Below, in pieces: positions 57,385 through 64,000 of a DNA stretch of 64,000 bases. Location: positions 1,120,001 through 1,184,000 of the forward strand of contig CAWBOS010000010.1 of the NCBI GenBank assembly GCA_963790475.1, read 5' to 3'. Below the pieces are notes generated by a model. That model worked only from the letters and a program-made list of their open reading frames with translations. It was not told the DNA's origin and ran no database searches. The DNA comes from an uncultured delta proteobacterium (lineage in GTDB: Bacteria; Desulfobacterota; RBG-13-43-22). The position numbers and the translations under genes are program-made. Position 1 is the first letter of the stretch. Each line of letters begins with the position of its first letter.

Positions 57385-59613
57385 ATGAAAAAAGAAAATA
57401 ATTCCCTGTCCGCCCTTTTGGCGGTTTTCCCGACCATAGAAACCTTTACCGAATTCTATGAAAATATGGATAATAAAAAATCCGTGGAATCTTTTGTTGC
57501 CTTTGCCTTCCAAAACGATCTTATTAAAAAAGAGGATGGTAAAAGTCTTCAGGCCCTTATCCGCCAGCATTCCCGACCAAAGACGGAGTTAATTCCGCCC
57601 AACCATATTAATTTTGAGGACTTGCTGGAAAAAAAGGAAGAGTTCCTCAAAATGAATCTATCGGGACGGGCCCTGACAGACCGGGTCAATGCCCTTATTA
57701 AAGAACACCGGATCGAATTGCCCAAGGTGAGTAATTCCATGCTGACCCGGCTGAAAAAAGAACCAGCCGATACACTTTATAAACGGAATGTATTGAGAAG
57801 TCTGGCCTTCTGGTTGGGTCATGAGAGGGCGGACCTGGGTCCCTTATGGAATTATGAAACCTTGCGAAAACTCTGCGGAGAAAGGAAACCCTCGGAGAAC
57901 TATCGGGAGGGGGTCAGGATCGGTTTTGCCTTGTATGGACGGGGAGACGTTATCGACCATGATATCGTCGGCTGGCTTAAAAAAGCCTTGAGAAATTATA
58001 TCGAACAATCCCTCGGGCATCTTCTTTACGGCCGGTGGGGTAAGGTTCGTTCTCATGATATCACCACGCTGTACGTGGATTTTCCCAAAGAAGAGGAGGC
58101 TGAAGCCCCGGCTTCTTATCGGCAGTGCCTCAGGAGTGCTGTTTCCCTGGCCCATCAGATCGCCATCCGTTGGGCCTTGTCCAAATACTGCACCAAAAAC
58201 CGCTTTTTATCTATCGGAATCGCAGCCGGCGAATATGACTCCCTGGACAACTATTTACTTCCAGTTCTGAACGCCAAGCTGCCCGGCGATCCGGTGATAC
58301 GGGTAACCGACTATGTGCGTCAATGCCTGCTGATCAACGATATCCGGGCCATACTCTGCGAACGTCCCAACGAAACTGCCTTGTTTAACGGGGAGGCTCT
58401 GACCATCTGGTGGGTCACAGCCTTATGGAGTACCCTCTATTTCGATTTTGTCCCCGACTTGCTGGAAGACCGGATACTACAAACCGATCCTGAATCTGTT
58501 AAGGCCTTAAATCATCTTTTGTGGCCCTTGGAAGAAACAAGCCCCCCTTCATCTGAAAAGGATGAACCCAATGCCGTTACCACCTTCTTTAAAGTCCCTC
58601 ATAATTCTCTCCTGGGTGTGGAAATCGCCAAAACCCTCTATTACCGCCGCCGTTTCTGGGAGGCCCTGGAAATACTTCGGATCGTTCTTTCCATCGATCC
58701 GACCCATTTGGTGGCCAGGACTTTGCAGATGGTCCTGTTTCGCAATTTGGGCCTAGTCGCCCCGAACTTTTCCATTACTCAAGGTATGTTCAAACAGGCC
58801 GAACAAGAGGCTTTATATATTTTGAAAAACTGTGTCAGTCCGTCAGAAGATTTTTACTGCGAATATGCGGGCATTTATCTGGCCAAATCCATGTCCACTA
58901 TCAGGTATATGCGAAAAAGTAAGGGGGTTTTCAACGGACCGGGAGATCTCTTTTCCTTAAAACAGATGATTTTTTCAGCCTTCGACCAGGCCGAAAATCT
59001 TTTCGAAAAGGGGATGACCGGATCTCCTTCGGGAATTCGATCATCGTACCTGCTGGACAGTGTGAGGGTGTTAAAAGAGATCATGAAAAATAACGAAGAC
59101 CTATTTGTGAATCCCAAAGAACCCATCGACCATATCCCTGAAATTGTAAGACAACCCTCCATCAACCTCCAGTGGGAAATCGGCTTTTCGAGGGATGATA
59201 TTCCCCCTCAACAGAGATATGATTCTATCTTCCAGTCGACCCTTCAGAAATTTAAGATTTACGATGATTCGATTTCCTTGCAAGCCTATCGGCCCACGAC
59301 CTATTTTTGCCATATCGTTTCCTTATGGGATTTCGCCCCCATCAGGACCGTAGCCATTGCCAAAAGGGCCTTTCAATTACTAAGAGAGGCCATTGAAATA
59401 GCCAGGTCCGTAGAAAAAGATGATCTTTGTATCTATTCTTATACCCGGACCTATGGAGAAATGCTCCCGGCCCAAGAATTTATTCAGCATGTGGAAAAAT
59501 CGTTAAAAATGATTGAAGATTATCTGGGAGGAGACCTGTCTAACCGTGATGACCGGGAAATCATAGGCCAGAAGGGAAATCTTTCATCTATCCTGATGAC
59601 CCTTAATTTCTAA
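57385..59613 (+). CDS. Uncharacterised 742-aa protein, putative regulator, paralog 2
   Basis: Collinear with 49765-51996 over its full length, with the same terminus LSSILMTLNF. Confidence 0.8.
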   Translation: MKKENNSLSALLAVFPTIETFTEFYENMDNKKSVESFVAFAFQNDLIKKEDGKSLQALIRQHSRPKTELIPPNHINFEDLLEKKEEFLKMNLSGRALTDRVNALIKEHRIELPKVSNSMLTRLKKEPADTLYKRNVLRSLAFWLGHERADLGPLWNYETLRKLCGERKPSENYREGVRIGFALYGRGDVIDHDIVGWLKKALRNYIEQSLGHLLYGRWGKVRSHDITTLYVDFPKEEEAEAPASYRQCLRSAVSLAHQIAIRWALSKYCTKNRFLSIGIAAGEYDSLDNYLLPVLNAKLPGDPVIRVTDYVRQCLLINDIRAILCERPNETALFNGEALTIWWVTALWSTLYFDFVPDLLEDRILQTDPESVKALNHLLWPLEETSPPSSEKDEPNAVTTFFKVPHNSLLGVEIAKTLYYRRRFWEALEILRIVLSIDPTHLVARTLQMVLFRNLGLVAPNFSITQGMFKQAEQEALYILKNCVSPSEDFYCEYAGIYLAKSMSTIRYMRKSKGVFNGPGDLFSLKQMIFSAFDQAENLFEKGMTGSPSGIRSSYLLDSVRVLKEIMKNNEDLFVNPKEPIDHIPEIVRQPSINLQWEIGFSRDDIPPQQRYDSIFQSTLQKFKIYDDSISLQAYRPTTYFCHIVSLWDFAPIRTVAIAKRAFQLLREAIEIARSVEKDDLCIYSYTRTYGEMLPAQEFIQHVEKSLKMIEDYLGGDLSNRDDREIIGQKGNLSSILMTLNF

Positions 59614-59641
59614 AATGGACAACAACCGGAAATGGGCTTTG

Positions 59642-60153
59642 TCAATTACTCTTTTTTAGGGGGAGGATAGACCCGGGCCAGGATCGGTTCCAGATCGGCT
59701 TGCCCCCCCGACGAAATTGATCGGGTATTTAAAACCCACTTTAGCCAGTTTTTTCAGACCTGAAATGGCCCGGGGGATTTCTCCCGGCGCCAGGGCCAGA
59801 GAAATCTCATCATCGGCCACTTGTCCCATGGACCTTTCTCCATAACAGGGTATGGAAAGCTGGGGCTTATGGGTTCGATAGCACTCCCCCAGGGAATCGG
59901 CGCAGGCCCCTTCTCCGATAAAGAAGAATGGGAACCTTTCATATTTCTCTTTCTGCAAGCCACAAAGGAGCATCATGATTTGAGCCGGATTTCCGTAAAA
60001 AAGGAGGACTTCCGGTTCAAATTTCTCTTTGGCTAAAGGGGCCAAGGCAACTGCTTCGGCCACCGGGACCCGGGGGGTCTCCATCTGCTGCTTATAGGCA
60101 TCTTCCGCTGTTCCGAACCAGGTAGTTGAAAGCATGGCTGCCTCAGCCCTCAT
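59642..60153 (-). pseudogene. DUF169-family protein fragment (N-terminally truncated; frameshift at a G-run near 59705)
   Basis: VLLFYGNPAQIM, GEGACAD and IPCYGER motifs; the N-terminal part expected for the family is absent. Confidence 0.65.
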
Positions 60154-60450
60154 ACTTTTCTCAAAAGTTCTAACTACAGCCTACCTAGGAGCATGACCAA
60201 AAAGAGCGATTGCTCTATTCACCTTTTTATAATTCAAATTAAGCAGCCAGCCAAAATTACTGCAATAATCCCAATTAAAGTATTTTCCCTATCCTGCCGA
60301 TAATTCATGTAACCAAAAAAAATGGTCAACCCACAAATTGCTTGGGTTTGCCCGAACACCATAGTACGTCTGACCTCGTTTCCGATGACCTTATTGGGAT
60401 TGTTAGCCGATTCAATTGCTTTTATTAAAAAAAATATATGAAAGGATGCA

Positions 60451-61888
60451 GTGATGGTGAATAATCTCTTTATCTCTCTGGGGCTGATTGTAGCCCTTAT
60501 GGCCAGCCTTGAACTGGTTCTTTACGCCATTTTCGGCAAGAATCGTCCCACGAAGCTTTTCCGGTCGGCGGCCACATGCTTCCTGGTAACAGCGGTTTCT
60601 TTTTCTTTTATAGGACAAGGGGGGAGGAGTTTTTTCCCCGGATTTATTCTGATCTTCTTGGTCTGTCTGACGGCTTTGACCCTCAACTTTTTGGTCATCA
60701 ATTCTATGGTGACCAAGACCCCTGAACCGGATCATTTACGGTATTAATAATGGCGGGGTCAAGGTGGCCAACGCTTCCCGGTTGGTCCGGCGCTCCAGCA
60801 AGGAATTGGCCGAAGGGGCAGCTCATCAGGCCTCGGGGATCGAAGAAAATTCAGCGGCCCTGCAGCAGATCGATTCTCTGGCCCATCAAAACACCAACCA
60901 TGCCAATCAAAGCAAGCTGGCCATTACTGATGCCGGTCAACTGCTTTCAGTAGTTAATAAACAGATGGACCAATTATCCGAAGCTATGGGAAAAATCAAC
61001 CAGGCCAGCAACGAGACGAATGTGATTATTAAAAGCATCGACCAAATAGCCTTCCAAACCAACCTGTTGGCCTTAAATGCGGCGGTCGAGGCCGCCCGGG
61101 CCGGAGAAGCCGGAGTTGGATTTGCTGTGGTTGCCGAAGAAGTCCGAAATCTCGCCCGACGCGCAGCCGAAGCGGCCAAGAATACCAGCGGGCTTATTGC
61201 TAAAATTCTGGATTCCGTCAGGACCGGCAGTGACTTGACAAAATCAACCCATGAAGCCTTTAAAAAGAATATGGAGGCCGTGGATAAAGTCGCCGGCCTG
61301 GTCGAAGGTATCGCCTCAGCCAATCAGGAACAGGCGGAAGGCATTGCCCAGATCAATACTGCTTTGCATCAAATGGATACCGTGACCCAAAAGAACAGCA
61401 CCCTCGCTGAAAACCTGGCCTCGGCGGCCAAAGAAGCCAAGGACCAGGCCAAGGACTTAGGAACAGGAGTAGAGAAATTGACTTCCATGTTGGGAGTCGG
61501 GGCCAAAGTCACCCCCTCCGAGGCCAAAAGAAGGGTGAAAAAAGCGATCCAATTTCTGAAAGAGGTGGGACCCAGGGCGGCTTTTGCCGAGTTCGATAAC
61601 AGCCAAGGCCGGTTTTCCGATATGGATTCTTATATCACGGTTTATGACGTAAACGGGATATTAAAGGCCTATCCTATTAATAAACAATCGATCGGAACCA
61701 ATGTCCTGGAAACTAAGGATACCCGGGGGAAGTTTTTTGTAAGAGAATTAATCGAAATGGTCAAGGCCAAGGGGAGAGGCTGGGTGGAGTATCTATATCG
61801 CAACCCGGCCTCCGGCCAAGAGGAGCCGAAACTGTCTTACTCCGAACGGATCGGCGATCTGATCGTATCTTCCGGGGCATATAAGTAG
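60451..61888 (+). CDS. Methyl-accepting chemotaxis protein with N-terminal TMs and C-terminal single Cache domain; frameshift at a C-run near 60720
   Basis: Removing one C joins the TM ORF to LNRIIYGINNGGVKVANAS. IAFQTNLLALNAAVEAARAGEAG hairpin tip; C-terminal KDTRGKFF..GWVEYLYRNP..PKLSY sCache_2 pattern. Confidence 0.8.
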
Positions 61889-62073
61889 CTCTGGAAAGGC
61901 CTCCATTCGGTCAAAAAAGTGGGGCAAGAAGCAATAACCAGTGTTCAACACCGGTCTTCTTGCCCTTTTATATTTCAGGCCTAAGATCATAAGACCACCT
62001 CCTGCTGCCTTCATCCGTCATCCACTATTCAGGCCACCTTTTTAAACGCTCCTTAAGAATGATTCAAATATCT

Positions 62074-62102
62074 TTGACAGCTATCGGATGTTTGATTATA
62101 CT
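62074..62102 (+). promoter_or_regulatory. sigma70 promoter
   Basis: TTGACA-17 bp-TATACT; supports ATG 62146 as the true start. Confidence 0.7.
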
Positions 62103-62145
62103 TGCCTCCAGAGAATTCAATCATCAACCAAGCCAGGAGGAAAAA

Positions 62146-63261
62146 ATGTTAAAAACCAAACTTACGGAATTACTCGGAACCAAACACCCTATCATTCAAG
62201 CCGGTATGGGTCCTTTCAGCAATAACAATTTATGTGTAGCCGCCAGCAACGCGGGGGTGCTGGGCTTGCTGTCAACCAGCGGAATTTTTAATAAAACGGA
62301 ACAACCCTGGATTTACAACGCCTTTGTTGAGACCGCCGAAGCCACGATGGACGATGATATGCCCACGGTGCTGGAGAAGGTTTTGAAGCGGACCTATCGT
62401 CTGACCAAGGACCAGGGAGGGATATTCGGCATTAATGTGATGGTTTCGGCGGAATTGGTCCCCTTGTCAACGGTTCTCATCGATACCGCCATAAGGGTAG
62501 TGAAAGAAAATCCGGAAATGAAAAATAATTTTAAAGTCATTTTTACTTCTGCCGGTGATCCCCTGCCTTGGGGGGAAAAAATTAAGTCAACCGGATTTAC
62601 CTGGTTGCACGTCGTCCCCTCGGTCAAGGGGGCCCAGAGATGCGCCAAGGCAGGGGTGGATTGCATCGTAGCTTCGGGGCATGAAGGGGGATTCCACACC
62701 GCTTGGGAGCCAGTCCATTCCATGACCTTATTGCCCTCTGTGGTTGAGGCCCTGGCCGATAAAAATATTCCGATAGCGGGAGCTGGTGGATTCTGCGACG
62801 GTAAAACCCTGGCTGCCGCCCTGGTCCTGGGCGGAGCCGGTGCCCAAATGGGGACCCGATTCCTGGCGACTCAGGAAAGTGACTTTCATCCATTGTGGAA
62901 AGAACAGGTGGTCAAAACCCAGGACCGCGGTACCCTGGTAGCCCGCGGTGTGGTTGGTCCGGCCCGGTGGCTCAAAACTGCAACCAGTCTTGAACATCAA
63001 AAAAATACATTAAAAAAATCGCCTTCCATATATTTGGACACTCCCGACGACTTCAGCACTTCCGAAGCTCAGGAACTGGTGACCTATGAACGAGAAGCGA
63101 TCAAGGCCGTCTGCACCGGGGATCGGGAAAAAGCGATGATGGCCGGGGGTGAATGCGCCCAGAGGGTGGAAGATCTGCCTAAGGTCCAGGATCTGGTTGA
63201 CCGGATCATGCAGGAAGCAACGGATATCCTGCAAAATGCACCCAAGTTTGTGATAGCCTGA
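62146..63261 (+). CDS. Nitronate monooxygenase / FabK-like FMN oxidoreductase
   Basis: AGGAGG SD; PIIQAGMG, SNAGVLG, GHEGGFH, AGGFCDG and QMGTRFLATQES motifs. Confidence 0.88.
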   Translation: MLKTKLTELLGTKHPIIQAGMGPFSNNNLCVAASNAGVLGLLSTSGIFNKTEQPWIYNAFVETAEATMDDDMPTVLEKVLKRTYRLTKDQGGIFGINVMVSAELVPLSTVLIDTAIRVVKENPEMKNNFKVIFTSAGDPLPWGEKIKSTGFTWLHVVPSVKGAQRCAKAGVDCIVASGHEGGFHTAWEPVHSMTLLPSVVEALADKNIPIAGAGGFCDGKTLAAALVLGGAGAQMGTRFLATQESDFHPLWKEQVVKTQDRGTLVARGVVGPARWLKTATSLEHQKNTLKKSPSIYLDTPDDFSTSEAQELVTYEREAIKAVCTGDREKAMMAGGECAQRVEDLPKVQDLVDRIMQEATDILQNAPKFVIA

Positions 63262-63269
63262 TTTTTTCC

Positions 63270-63302
63270 GGTACTCCCTCCGGTTCAGCCGGGGGGAGTA
63301 CC
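63270..63302. terminator. GC-rich stem-loop after the NMO-like gene
   Basis: GGTACTCCCTCCGG-TTCAG-CCGGGGGGAGTACC. Confidence 0.55.
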
Positions 63303-63582
63303 AAGGTCATGCCGACAATGAAGTAAATCGATGTCGGAGTATTAACCCCTTCTTTCTCAACAACAGGATGCCTTTTATCCATCCTTAATCTTTCCCGGTT
63401 GTTTTGCTTCCATGGCTTCTTTTTCAGATCTCTAAAGGGAAATATGACCTTGCCCGAAATCTTTCTCCAGGGTGGCCATTGTTCGCGTAAGTGAAGGAAA
63501 GAACTATATCATTTTCTCCTTGACCTTTCTTCCTAAGCTAATCTATTATCCTAAAGACAAAAAGCATACGCTTATTAACCAT

Positions 63583-63724
63583 GAGACCTTTGAAAAATGT
63601 TCAATTTTGTCCAAGGTCAAGGAAAACGAAAATTTTAACCACAGGAATACATTTAGTATTTCGAGGATTAAAATTTGAGTCTGACGAAGAGATTGGGTAA
63701 AAGGGGACGTTTTTCAAAGGTCTC
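63583..63724. mobile_element. 142-bp MITE with 18-bp TIRs and a 5-bp target duplication
   Basis: GAGACCTTTGAAAAATGT / ACGTTTTTCAAAGGTCTC (1 mismatch), flanked by ACCAT at 63578-63582 and 63725-63729. Confidence 0.85.
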
Positions 63725-63745
63725 ACCATAGAGGAGGATCATGAT

Positions 63746-64000
63746 ATGAGTGATCGAGAAGTAATGGACGTTGATGTGCTTTTTGTCGGAGGAGGGATCG
63801 CCTCTTTGTCGGGGGCCTTCCATTTGTCTAATTTAATAAAACAATATAATGAAAAAATAGAGCAAGGAGGAAACGGTCAAAAAATTTCTGATGAATTCAT
63901 GATCGCCGTCTTGGAAAAAGGGGCCTATGTCGGATCTCACAGTATATCCGGGGCCGTCATGAATCCGGTGGCTTTGAAGGAACTTATCCCGGACTTCGTG
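63746..64000 (+). CDS. ETF-quinone oxidoreductase (FixC/ETF-QO family), 5' part
   Basis: Manual translation MSDREVMDVDVLFVGGGIASLSGA...VLEKGAYVGSHSISGAVMNPVALKELIPDF; GAGGAGG SD. Confidence 0.85.
   Translation, partial: MSDREVMDVDVLFVGGGIASLSGAFHLSNLIKQYNEKIEQGGNGQKISDEFMIAVLEKGAYVGSHSISGAVMNPVALKELIPDFV

Noticed and set aside
49765-59613. The paralogs as anti-phage defence proteins or as ends of a mobile element
   Set aside because: No NTPase, nuclease or transposase motifs; the copies are diverged rather than identical repeats and the context is catabolic.
62059-62145. Longer N-terminus for the NMO-like ORF
   Set aside because: A consensus promoter at 62074-62102 and an AGGAGG SD favour ATG 62146.

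Overview
Chromosomal segment of an anaerobic Desulfobacterota-like (deltaproteobacterial) genome; the taxon is inferred from gene order and content. From left to right: (1) the conserved rpsB-tsf-pyrH-frr-uppS-cdsA-dxr-rseP-tsaB block with the rpsB leader; (2) housekeeping and redox genes, including a C-GCAxxG-C-C protein with an in-frame UGA that is probably selenocysteine; (3) a type II secretion cluster (gspEFHIJKLMC, gspD, gspG plus an Ig-like lipoprotein); (4) an HD-GYP protein and nudC; (5) a ~30 kb anaerobic catabolic island: LIV-type ABC transporter, MoaD, AOR, Fe-ADH, SCP2, ETF, ETF-linked Fe-S oxidoreductase, an acyl-CoA dehydrogenase-ferredoxin-nitroreductase fusion, thiolase, CoA ligase, and an Rbs-type ABC transporter with an amidohydrolase; (6) an MCP with a C-terminal Cache domain, a nitronate monooxygenase/FabK-like flavoprotein and the start of an ETF-quinone oxidoreductase. 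The most striking signal is in the island. Two paralogous ~743-aa proteins (apparent XRE-HTH + degenerate class III cyclase-like + TPR architecture) and a decayed third copy are present. An inverted repeat, TGTTTYAT-N17/18-WTRAAACA, sits 10-11 bp upstream of the TTGACA -35 box of three catabolic promoters. Together these suggest an unrecognised regulator family and its regulon. Several single-base frameshifts, including in essential genes, are probably assembly errors. No rRNA, tRNA or CRISPR array was seen. Domain calls are by eye, not by database search.
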